Of a stretch of 64,000 nucleotides of DNA, positions 51,851 through 64,000 are shown piece after piece. Source of the DNA: Octopus sinensis (taxonomy: Eukaryota); assembly GCF_006345805.1 (NCBI RefSeq), contig NC_043006.1, positions 60,326,001 through 60,390,000 of the forward strand. The letters run 5' to 3'. A model generated the notes under the pieces. It saw nothing but the letters and a program-made list of their open reading frames with translations, was not told where the DNA came from and did not search any database. The first letter of the stretch is position 1. Every line of letters starts with the position of its first letter. Both the position numbers and the translations under genes were made by a program.

Positions 51851-51925
51851 GTCTCTGATGACAGGATACCTAGTGCATCGACATGCTAACCAACCACTTG
51901 GTTATCCCAGAAACAGCTGTAAGAC
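51851..51925 (+). ncRNA. Type I hammerhead ribozyme with branched stem II, in a probable solo pseudo-LTR (~51560-52010)
   Basis: gtct-CTGATGA (51855-51861)...ggata/tatcc...GAAA (51910-51913)-CAGCTG-TA-agac; palindromic stem III ACAGCTGT; GUA triplet 51919-51921. Confidence 0.75.
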
Positions 51926-52046
51926 TTCAAGTTTACCTTACCCTATTCAAATTATTCTAAATCACTTGATATACTCGTACTGCTTTGGTTTTGACTTTTT
52001 TCTCTAATATAATATAATATAATATAATATAATATAATGTAATATG

Positions 52047-52138
<92 letters not shown>

Positions 52139-52894
52139 TGTGTGTTTGTGTTTGCCCCTCCAACATCGCTTGACAACCGATGGTGGTGTGTTTACGTCCC
52201 CGTAACTTAGCGGTTCGGCAAAAGAGACCGATAGAATAAGTACTAGACTTCCAAAGAATAACTCCGAATAAGTCGAGTTGCTCGACTAAAGGCGGTGCTC
52301 CTGCATGGCCGCAGTCAAATGACTGAAACAAGTAAAAGCGTAAAAGAGAGTATATATATATATTTATACGCACACATATACATATATATTCTCTTCGATA
52401 TTTATATTTATTTTATATTTTCCTTCTATGTTAATACTTATAAGGGAAATGATGTCTTAGAGAGTTGTGTAATAAACTAACTATTTACGACGTCTTACAC
52501 ATGCTTCAGTGAAGATTATGTCCGAATTATGCAATGGATACCAGGTGTATTTTCATTGATAGTTGTGCAAAATGACATAATACATAATTTATGAGCCAGC
52601 TCTCCAGTGTCATATAAATATATAATAAGCGCTACTTATTGTTTTTATCGTTATGACATGAAGTGATCACACTACACACGGAGCTACAAATATTTGCTCA
52701 CGAGGAAATATGGGTTCACTGATCTTCGACTGTCCACCAACTAAGACTTGATATCAAAGTAATGACTTCTTTGCTACGATACAACTATTGCGATAACACC
52801 TTGTTAAACTTTAATTTCTATTTTCATATGAGTGTAATTTGCTTAAGGCTGGAATTAAATTTTCAGTCACCGTGAATCAGAGTAGCATAACTGT

Positions 52895-52956
<62 letters not shown>

Positions 52957-53699
52957 TTATTTATATGGTGTCGCAATTAGCTTAAAATATTAGTTTTTCA
53001 ATCGTCATGCTTAATATTAACAATATAATTGATTATATCTTCGGTTTCGGTCTAGTCTACATGCCCATACAGTAGAAGAATCGTTTTATAGACATGATGT
53101 GTATATATATTTCACAGTCGATTTTCTTACCTACAATATATGTTTACGAGTATATCGCATAGCTTAACAGTAAACTATCTTATGAATAATATATAAGTTC
53201 TCTCTTCAGAAAATTATGTCTTCAATTTTCTTCTATAGTTAAGCATTGTGTACATAAAGCATAGCAGAATAATATTATAGATAACATATTCGATTTAAAA
53301 TATTTATTTTCCACCCAATTATCTGGTGAATAATATAACAGTTGTGTCTATAATAGATTATATTTTCAATATCGCTCCATAGTTTATCAGGCAATTGTTT
53401 TCGTATAATTTCATTCGTATTTTTCTCTTTTTCTTGTGAACTTCTTTCTCTTAACTGTTACTTCCATACTCGCTTAAGTGATTTTTCCCCCCTAATGCTC
53501 TTGATTTAATCGTTTCCTGTACCTTCTCTTTCGTTTTTTTTTTTGTTCGTTCATTAACTAACTTTCTCTCGCATCGTCATAATCAGAAAATATAACAAGT
53601 CCTTATTTTCAAGTATATTAAAATTGCTTACCCAAAGTTACATACATTAATTATTTTCACATACATTAATTATTTTCACAAGCACATCCGCCTAAAACA

Positions 53700-53745
53700 C
53701 TAACCTTAACCCTAAAACCCTAACCCTAGCCCTAAAACCCTAAGG
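53700..53745. repeat. Short degenerate (TAACCC)n, telomere-like
   Basis: ctaaccttaaccctaaaaccctaaccctagccctaaaaccctaagg. Confidence 0.6.
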
Positions 53746-54646
53746 CTAAAACCAGCACAAACGCACGAACGATGTCATAAATAACAGTGAAAAACGAAAT
53801 ATACACCGCCGGAAGTTGTTGTTGACAAACAACAGGAGTAATTTTATTCCGCTGAATACACGTTATTGATTGGTTGAAATTAAACAAATACAATTTTAAC
53901 ACGAAATAACTTCGTAAATAGAAACTTTTCTCAACAACGCTAAGACTAAAAGGTGTTTTATATGACACATTCTACCAGTGTCCGAAGTTTGAAAGTGTTT
54001 AGTTACAAAAAATTAATTTCTCGATCTGCCGATAAAAGTGAAAAGATTCGACATTATTATTGTTCACTGATATTTTTTCCTATCATGTCTGTAATAGATT
54101 TGTAACTATTCAGTGGTACAGAAGTACTTTTTGACTTCTATTTTTTAGCGATACAGGTACTCATGTAGTACCCTTGTGTATATATGTACATATCTAATAT
54201 TGTACGTATATATTTTATTAATTTGCCTGTACGGCTGATATTTCGCTTACCATTCGTGATGGTATTTTAAATAATATCATCCTATATTTATTTATATATC
54301 TTAATAGATAGATATGGGAGGGATATGTTATCTGTGTAGGCAAGACAGCGCTTACCGAATATTAAACTGTAAATATTATTTATTATGGAGATTACATGAT
54401 TCTCAATTCATTATACACATGGAAAATTAATACAAAGGATTCAGTGCATAACTCGTTACTGACTACGAATTTCGTATTAGACAGGCGCAAAGCTGCCGCC
54501 CTTCAAGTGTAATGCATAAATCTATTAATCAAATGTCCTGTGTTTGGGTATAGAAGATATGGATGTTAACTCATATAGCGGAGGAAAACTGTTAACCCTT
54601 AGTGTCAATACAAGGCAGAGTATAAAGTGTATGTGAATGTGCTCAT

Positions 54647-54699
<53 letters not shown>

Positions 54700-54741
54700 T
54701 GCACGCACACACGCAGACACAAATACATATATAAACATATA

Positions 54742-55120
54742 CAGGGTGTTTAAAAAATATATATACAGACATTCAGTGACTATTAAGTCAGCATTTATTA
54801 AAATGCATTTCATTTTCAAAAGTTAATAGGCTCTATACAAATAGAATTTAATTATCTTACAAATGCGGTTTTTTTAAAGTAATTACCGTTCTGGTCCAGG
54901 TACTCCTGATCACATGGAAGCAATGAAGTCTAATCATCAAAAAGCATCTCGTTCTGCATTTGTGCACATTCTCGTTGACTGGCTGGCCTCAGTTCGTCGA
55001 ATGCTGTCGGTTTTGTACCGAAAACTTTAGCTTTTAAGTATCCCCATGTAAATGTCATAGGATGTGAGCTCCAGTGAACGCGCAGGGTATTCATAAAGGA
55101 GGCTGGTAAATTTTTTCAGA
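54742..55120 (-). mobile_element. Tc1/mariner 3' remnant
   Basis: TA|CAGGGTG end; the minus strand gives a degenerate PARSLELTSYDI resembling WPPRSPDLTPCDF. Confidence 0.5.
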
Positions 55121-55559
55121 CAGTGTGGAGGCGCAATGGCCCATTGGTTAGGGCAGCGGACTCACGGCCGGAGGATCGCGGTTTCGATTCCCAGACCGGG
55201 CGTGGTGTGTGTTTATTGAGCGAAAACACCTAAAAAAAACTCCACGATGCTCCGGCAGGGGGTGGTGGTGACCCCTGTCGTACTCTTTCGCCACAACTTT
55301 CTCTCACTCTCTCTTCCTGTTTCTTGAGTAACGCTGCGATGCACTGGCGACCCGTCCAGCTGGGGTGAACACATACACCACAGAAACCGGGAAACCGGGC
55401 CCGTGAGCCTGGCTAAGCTTGAAAAGGGCTTTAAAAAAAGTGAAACAGTACTTTTAGAAAGTTCTTTTTTTGTGCAGCTACTAAAAGTAGCTAAGCACGT
55501 ACATCGAATTGACTGAAAGATGCTTGTTTCATTTTTCTTTGTACTGCGAACACATTTTG

Positions 55560-56180
55560 CGTATTTTGATATGAATTACGTAGCATGGTCTTCCCATATT
55601 GATATTTTTGCTGAAAGGAACGTTGAACATCATGGGCTACATCAAGCTGTTAGAAAAGAGAGTCTTACCCTGTATTATAGAATAAATGGGAAATAAGTTT
55701 ATTCTCCAGCAAGATAACTGTTGCATTCACGTGTCAAAAACAGTCAAAGAATGGATGCGAGACATGAAAAAAATCTATTGGAACGGCGAGCGAGAAGACC
55801 ACACTTATATGGAAAAATATGGCACAAATTGTGTATGACGGACCAGAAATAACACGATCAGAATTATGGAATCGGATTTTAAGAGCCAAAAGAAGAGCGA
55901 GAGAAACAAAAGAGATGTTATAATAAATATATTTGTCTGGTACAACAAACAAATAGTAAAAGAGATCAAAAAGAAACACGACTGTGTGGATTACTATTAG
56001 AAATATATAGTGGCATGATTTTAATACAATTTTCGTAAAATACTACATATGATTGCTCAGGGAGTGCAATCATAACATGAATATTATGCACATGTCTACA
56101 CTGCATTACTTTAAATGTGTTTATCACTGGTGCCGACAGGCAATACATCTCAAGTGACCGAATAATGTGTCCATCCTCTG
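55560..56180 (+). mobile_element. Tc1-like transposase remnant
   Basis: LQQDNCCIHVSKTVKEWMRDMK...IWKNMAQIVYDG...SELW resembles FQQDNAxxHxS...EW...IENxW; possible end ccatcctctg|TA at ~56180. Confidence 0.6.
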
Positions 56181-56393
56181 TATGTATGTATGTATGTATG
56201 TATGTATGTATGTATGTATGTACGTACGTACGTATTCATGTATATACGTATGTATGTATGTATTCATATGCACGTCACTTACAATTTGCTCAATAATTTG
56301 AAGCAAACACACAGCTCACATGTATATATGTATGCATACACGCATACATATATATATGCATACATATGTACATGCATACATACATATATACCT

Positions 56394-56806
56394 ATTTCTT
56401 TACTACCCAAAAGGGGCTAACAAAGAGAGGACAAACAAGGACAGAGAAACGGATTAAGTCGACTATATCGACCCCAGTACGTAACTGGTACTTATTTAAT
56501 CGACCCCGAAAGGATGAAAGGCAAAGTCGACCTCGGCGGAATTTGAACTCAGAACGTAGCGGCAGATGAAATACTTATTTCTTTATTACCCACAAGGGGC
56601 TAAACACAGAGAGGACAAACAAGGACAGACAAACGGATGAAGTCGATTATATCGACCTCAGTGCGTAACTGGTACTTAATTTATCGACCCCGAAAGGATA
56701 AAAGGCAAAGTCGACCTCGGCGGAATTTGAACTCAGAGCGTAACGGCAGACGAAATACGGCTACGCATTTCACCCGGCGTGCTAACGTTTCTGCCAGCTC
56801 GCCGCC
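56394..56806 (-). mobile_element. SINE family A dimer with the same junction as the 7.4-8.7 kb array
   Basis: Junction gcagatgaaatac|ttatttcttt at ~56575; atataccta on both flanks (56386-56394, 56809-56817). Confidence 0.85.
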
Positions 56807-57166
56807 TGATATACCTACCTACCTACCTACCTACCTACCTACCTACCTACCTACTTGTCTGCCTACCTACCTACACAATTCTATAACGCACACACATGTG
56901 CGTGTGTGTGCATGTTTGTATATGTATATATGTTGTATGTGCCATGGAACTTAACTCCTTGTAGGGACAACGACGTAGTATACGACATGTGATGGACAGT
57001 TTTACACTTGGTAGAACCCCGGTACCTATTTCTTGTTTAATGCCTGGTACTCATTGTATAAGTCTCTTAGGGCGAACTTCTAAGTTACGGAGACATAAAC
57101 ACACCAGTACCCGTTGTCAAGTGGTGTGGTGGGGGACCAACAAAAAACACACACATACACACACGC

Positions 57167-57365
<199 letters not shown>

Positions 57366-57845
57366 TATATATATCAGGCCATCAGATGTTGCTACATATC
57401 GCTGGTCATAATGCGCTTCGCATTGTGTTAGCCTTCAAATGACGCCCCACCCCGCTGGCTAAGCAAGCAGGCCGACAGAAGAAAGAGTGAGATAAAGTTG
57501 TGGTGAAAGAGTACAGCAGGGTTCACCACCACTCTCTGCCGGAGTTTCGTGGAGCTTTAGGTGTTTTTGCTCAATAAACACTCACAACGCCCAGTCTGGG
57601 AATCGAAACCGCGATCCTACGACCGCAAGTCCGCTGCCCTAACCATATATATATATATATATACGATAGGCATCTTACAGCTTCCGTCTGTCAAATCCAA
57701 TCACAAGTTTGCTTTCTACCCGATGCTATAATAGAAGACAATTGCCCGAGGTGCCAGGTACCGTGCCTGAAACCGAAACCATGTGGTTCGGAGGCAAACT
57801 AGTTATCACACTGCTACACCACATATGTATATGTGTGTGCATGAC

Positions 57846-57912
<67 letters not shown>

Positions 57913-58126
57913 AACAGAAAGACAGAAAAAAAAAGAGAGATAGATGGTGCTAGATAGAAAGAAAAGGAAGAGTGAGTGTGGTGAGGATAAAAATATTGTT
58001 AGAACTTATGCATCTCTATAAAACGCTAAATCAGATGTGAAGATTTTTTTTATTGGTCGGTTTACCTCTTTTCACAGAAGGCGAAGTGTATGTATGTAGA
58101 ACAAGAATGTGTATGTCTCTGTTCTC

Positions 58127-58187
<61 letters not shown>

Positions 58188-58463
58188 GTGTATGCGTGAA
58201 AATATTACGTTGTTGCTTAGACAAATAAATCGGTGGACGATTAAAAGAGTAGGCGTCAGCAGTTTGTTAGGCTGGTCGTCATAAGCAAAGGCAGTTATAT
58301 ATGGAGACGAATAGAGGACTGAGAGAGAGGAAAACAAAGCATACGGACGAGAGGAGAGAAACAGAAGAATACAGCTCTTCGATAGAAAGTGGAGAGAATA
58401 TTAGAGAACACAATATGAAAAAAAGGACGGCGTTATAGTGTGAACGAACCACCAGACAATCAT

Positions 58464-58497
<34 letters not shown>

Positions 58498-58498
58498 A

Positions 58499-58569
<71 letters not shown>

Positions 58570-58926
58570 TTATATATGTGTGTGTGTGTAACATGTATAT
58601 ATATACATACATATACATATATATATTTATGTATATATATATATATGTATATCACGTGATCACGTGACCGACCAGACCATCAGATGTTGCTACACATCGC
58701 TGGTCATAATGCGCTTCGCATTGTTTTAGCAAGCAGGCCAACAGAAGAAAGAGAGAGAGAGAAAGAGTGGTGAAAGAGTACAGCAGGGATCACCACCCCC
58801 TGCTGGAGCCTCGTGGAGCTTTTATGTGTTTTCGCTCAATAAACACTCACAACGCCCGGTCTCGGAATCGAAACCGCGATCCTGCGACCGCGAGTCTGCT
58901 GCCCTAACCACTAGGCCATTGCGCCT

Positions 58927-58981
<55 letters not shown>

Positions 58982-59009
58982 TATATATATATGTCTATGT
59001 GTAACATAT

Positions 59010-59044
<35 letters not shown>

Positions 59045-59080
59045 TATGTATGTATATTACATATATGTATATATACATAT

Positions 59081-59165
<85 letters not shown>

Positions 59166-59422
59166 AGTATATGCATACACACACATGCGCGCACGCACAC
59201 ACACATATACATATATATATATATATGTATATGTGTGTGTATATATATATATATATGAAGAGAGAAAACGATAAATTAAGTGCAAATAATGCAGAGTCTG
59301 TGAGTCAATGAAGAATAACAGTAAAAAGACAAACATGAAACAAGTAATGGAGCCAGGCCTGAGGGCAAAAACGTTAAGAATAACTAAACGGAAACAGGGA
59401 AGCAAGTACCGTGTTTGTATAC

Positions 59423-59472
<50 letters not shown>

Positions 59473-60408
59473 GTATATACATATATATATATCAACGCAC
59501 ACACACATATCAACTTGAGAACATACAGAGAGAAAATATGTTGAGTCAAACTTTTGCTGTTTTTTGTTCTTTTTACTTCGTCGTTAATTCACCACATCCC
59601 TCTTAATGTCTTCAGAGAATAGAAGTGACAAAATGTTTGGTGTATTTGTAGGTGAAGTTACACGAACGAAATTTTCACCTGTCTTGCACTCGCTTTATCA
59701 TTTTTTGAAGACAAAAGAGAAAAAAAGTAACCAGACAGAGAAAAAAAATGTGTTTAAAAAGAAAAACGAATTTTATGCAACAGTGTTTGAACCCAACAGT
59801 GAAGTATGATAAAAGAACAATTAGCATATCTCTTCATTGTGTATTCCATTCCCGCCAAGTCTGAAATTTGTGTCCATATATGTTGATGGAAATAACTAAA
59901 GAGAAAGCTTCTACATAAAACAGCAAGAACAAACGGAAAATACAAAAGCAGAGCAGGTAACCACATAAATATAACAGATAAAGAATATGCACATAACAAA
60001 TATAAAATACAAACGCATACATCGAGTTATGGGTATCTTCTTTGAAAATAAATTAGTAAAGCAATGAGGAAAAATTAGCAATATAGTACCTAATCTGGTT
60101 TCGAATCCCAGTAAAAATTATGTCTTTATAATAAGTGTTTTTATTTCATATATATTTAAGGTTAAAAAAATATAAAACGAGAAAATGTATGAGCTCCATA
60201 AATGGTTTGTTCATTTTAACCACTTTTTTATGTGCCACATAACAATATGATCATTATATATTAATGCTCTGGAAATTGGTTTAGGAATTTTCCGGATTCA
60301 GTGTCACTGTGCAACATCTTAGCCAAGCGTCTTCTACATTAAACTCGGGCCGACCAATGTCTTGTGAGTGAATGAGGTACGCAGAAACTGCGATACCCGT
60401 CGTGTGTG

Positions 60409-60633
<225 letters not shown>

Positions 60634-60759
60634 GTGTATAAGGTAGAAAGTATGGTGGTTTATTACACGTGTTGAATATATACGGAAAGAAAGAAGATGA
60701 AAAAATACAAAAAGTTTTCTTTTACGAGATTGAAAGAACTAACTGAACCACAAAACAAT

Positions 60760-62760
60760 TAAAAAATAACAATAAAAAAACCATATAAAGGGAGTGCAGT
60801 AGTGGTAGTGGACACATTTTACTACAAAAATCTAGTAGTATCCATACTAAGTAATGACGAACACTACGAAAAAAAATCAATGATTACGTTCCCACCCCAA
60901 CACGCAAATAATGAAAAAAAGCCTTTGCACTAATCCAAACACATGGAAACGAACTAAAAAAAAGAAATAGACTATTTAACAAACTTTAATGTAAATGCAA
61001 CCTATTCTATGTTTTACCTAAAATTCACAAAAGCCAAACTATAATCGAAGCCATCAAAAAATTATCAAGGGAATACATACATACATACACCAGCATCAGG
61101 AGACCTAATATTACGGCCCATTATAGCTGGACCATCTGTGAAACACATAGATTAAGTTGACTGATGGATATCCTCCTGAAACCATTTCCAAAACACATCA
61201 AAAGTTATATTAGGGATGACTTAGATATGTTAAATCGCCTTCCAGAAAAGGTCAAGGAAGAAACAATCATGGTTTCATTTGATGCGATAAACCTATACGC
61301 CAACATACCCCATACTTATGGAATAGAAGCAATCCAGTTCAGACAAATATTCAGAAGAAATATCAAAACGGATTAACAAAGATTTCATAATTGAATCAAT
61401 AAAATTCATCCTCCAAAACAACCATTTGATGTTTGACACCACTGTTTGTTGCCAAAAATTCGGGATTATCATGAGAACCAGGGCAGCCACGACCATTGCC
61501 AATCTAACAATGGCCTATTTAGAAATAACAATATATCAGGAGTCATTTCCAAAATTTGGAAACCATCTCTCCCAATACATAAAAGAAAATTGGAAATAAG
61601 TTTCGGACGACTGCTCCATACTCTTATATGAAAACATAGATAACTTCCTGGTGTTTAAAAGACGGCTTAATAGCATTAGCACCAACATACAATTCACAGT
61701 AGAATACAACCAAGAGGAACTCCCATAAAAGGCATACGGGTTAAAAAAATAAACAAAAATAGAAAGGGACATTTTTTTACAAAACGATAGACACTAAGCA
61801 ATATCTATTATTTAGCTCATGCCAGCCTAGACATATCAAAACAAATATCCCCTTCAACCTTGCAAGAAGTATTTGCACCATAGTGCCCAAAAGAAATACC
61901 AGAGATCTAAGATTGGAAGAGCTTAAAAACGTACTCTGGGACAGACACTACGCAATTCAACTTATAGATGAAGGGGTTAAGCGTGAAAAATCAATTGACA
62001 TAAAAAACATTAAGAAAAGCCGAACATATTAACACATCTGTTCTGCAAAGATTACCTTATGTTTCTACATACAACCCCAGAAACAAAGAAGCGTTTAACA
62101 TCATTGTACAAAATCTCTCAATACATCATTAGGACCACAAATTGAAGGAAATTCTACGTAACTATAAAATCATTAAAAACAGTAAGCAACCAAATACATT
62201 AAAGAAAATCCCCACAAATGCTAAACTATTCTCAGGAATGTAGGAAGCAAGGGTAAAAAAAAATGTGGTCGTCTTAACTGCGAAACATGTCCCAATCTTT
62301 TGGAAAGATCAGAATTCCATTTTAGACAAGGGAAAAAAATTCCAAATTAAATCCAACTTCACTTGCGCCTCCGAAAATTTCATTTATGTAATCACATGCA
62401 CAAGCTGCAATAAAACTATATAGGTTCGCCAGATATGTCGTTCAGATGGAGATGTACAGTTCATAGACAACAGATATGCTCGACAGATATATCTCAGTGA
62501 ATACATTGATGGATGTGCAGAACAAATACAACCACAATTCCTAATCTTCACATTATATCAATTTGCTATCTGGACCTCAACGAAAGTACAACTAAATAAA
62601 GAAGCCTAATTTAAATGTAAACTCAACCTATTCTATGGTCTACCGAAAATTCCCAAAGCTAAGCTATAAACGAAACCATCAAAAAATCACCAAGGACATA
62701 CATACATACACCAGCACCAGGAGACTACGGCCCATTATAGGTGGACCATATATTTCAAAC
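60760..62760 (+). mobile_element. Degenerate Penelope-like element (Neptune-like Cys linker) with partial tandem re-start
   Basis: KGSAVVV; FYVLPKIHK; LRPIIAGP; SFDAINLYANIP; CGRLNCETC; TCASENFIYVITCTSCNKNYIG; ~60988-61140 is repeated at ~62612-62750. Confidence 0.85.
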
Positions 62761-63026
62761 CCATATTGAAAATAAAAGACTTACACCATCTGTTGTGAGA
62801 TATAAGCCAGACTGAAATGCTGACAAATATTGAAAATTACAAATTTACCTTCCCTTTACTGAAAAATATATTAGTTACCAAAACTCAAAATTTGAAAAGC
62901 GATAAATAAAACGGTTGTTATGTTTGGAGAAAAAATCTTATTTTGTATAATACTTTTGGTATTATAGTCTAATATATTCTTTGGTCTTGTAAAACCAATC
63001 TGTGCTTTTTCATCCTGTTTCTTTCC

Positions 63027-63132
<106 letters not shown>

Positions 63133-64000
63133 GTTTATATATATATATATATATGTGTGTGTGCATACATATACATGTGTGTATGTTGTTGTGTGTGCCC
63201 TCTCCTGCTTCACAACAGGTGTTGGTATGTTTATGTCACTGTAACTTAGCGGCTCAGCAACTATGATCATTAAAATAAGTAGAAAACTTTAAAAAATATT
63301 AAGCTCTGCTGTTGATTCGTTCGACTAAATTCATCAAAGCGGTTCCCCAGCATAAGTACAGTCTAAGAATTGAAACATGTAAAAGCATAATGATATAAAT
63401 AATTTATTACATTGGCGTAAATCCTCACCACAAGAAAAAGTGGCATGTTTCTCTCTCACTCTGCCTCTGTGTGTATGAGTGTGTATGTGGTGGCTGCGAA
63501 CTCGTAGACGAATATGACCATCACTGACTTTTTTTATCTAGATATTAAAAATAATGGTCGTCAGAATTGCCCAAGCCTAAATTTAAAGCTAATGACAGCT
63601 TGCACAACACCGCTATGACTCTCACCTACGAATCCAGAAACAAGCAAAAACAACATGCCCAGATTCGCAATGTGTCAGGTGCTATTTCGGAAATTCTTTC
63701 TCCTGGAGAAACGTCTAAACAAAGACTAGGAGTCTCTCACACCCAGCAGTTAGATGGTTGTTGACTCTCTTGTGTTCATACACCCTGTGACGGCCTTAGA
63801 TTTTCGTTCTGTAGGGTGTATATATGTCGCGGGTACATGGCTTAATGGTATGCTTACTACACTTACGGTCAGGAGATTGTGGTTTGAATTCCGAGACGTG
63901 TGGTGAGTTGTGTTCTTGAGCAAGACAGTTCATTTCACGTTGCCTTGTAACGACTTGGACACATGACAAATAATACACCGAGCACCTGTTTAGACAACGT

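Noticed and set aside
54742-55672. TA-CAGGGT ... ACCCTG-TA as a TIR pair
   Set aside because: Only 6 bp match, and the right-hand site lies inside an oppositely oriented Tc1 remnant.

Overview
AT-rich, microsatellite-saturated animal genomic DNA. The SINE repertoire and (TA)n/(CA)n density look like an octopus (cephalopod) genome; this is inferred from recall, not checked. There is one host gene: a ~2.7 kb exon (1410-4094, +) encoding about 24 tandem six-cysteine pacifastin/VWC-like modules, with a recent 333-bp higher-order expansion and a 10-nt frame disruption near its 5' end. The rest is transposon-derived: at least six Penelope-like element (PLE) pieces, including a young one with an open 570-aa RT/GIY-YIG ORF and 741-bp inverted arms; a near-intact 3.5 kb hAT transposon; a Helitron with a helicase C-terminus; a cluster of R4/Dong-like remnants in (TAA)n; Tc1/mariner remnants; four tRNA-derived SINE families; and several fold-back elements. 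The most notable unannotated signal is a set of type I hammerhead ribozyme motifs, found by eye, in PLE pseudo-LTR-like sequences. They have self-complementary stem III and unusual stem II (60-nt hairpin, branched, or large-loop). One sits in a spacer-less 498-bp palindrome, and its relatives at 48.5-48.9 kb show compensatory changes. A 7-unit head-to-tail SINE array shares a palindromic junction with an independent dimer 48 kb away. Coordinates were counted by hand; SINE and remnant boundaries are approximate.
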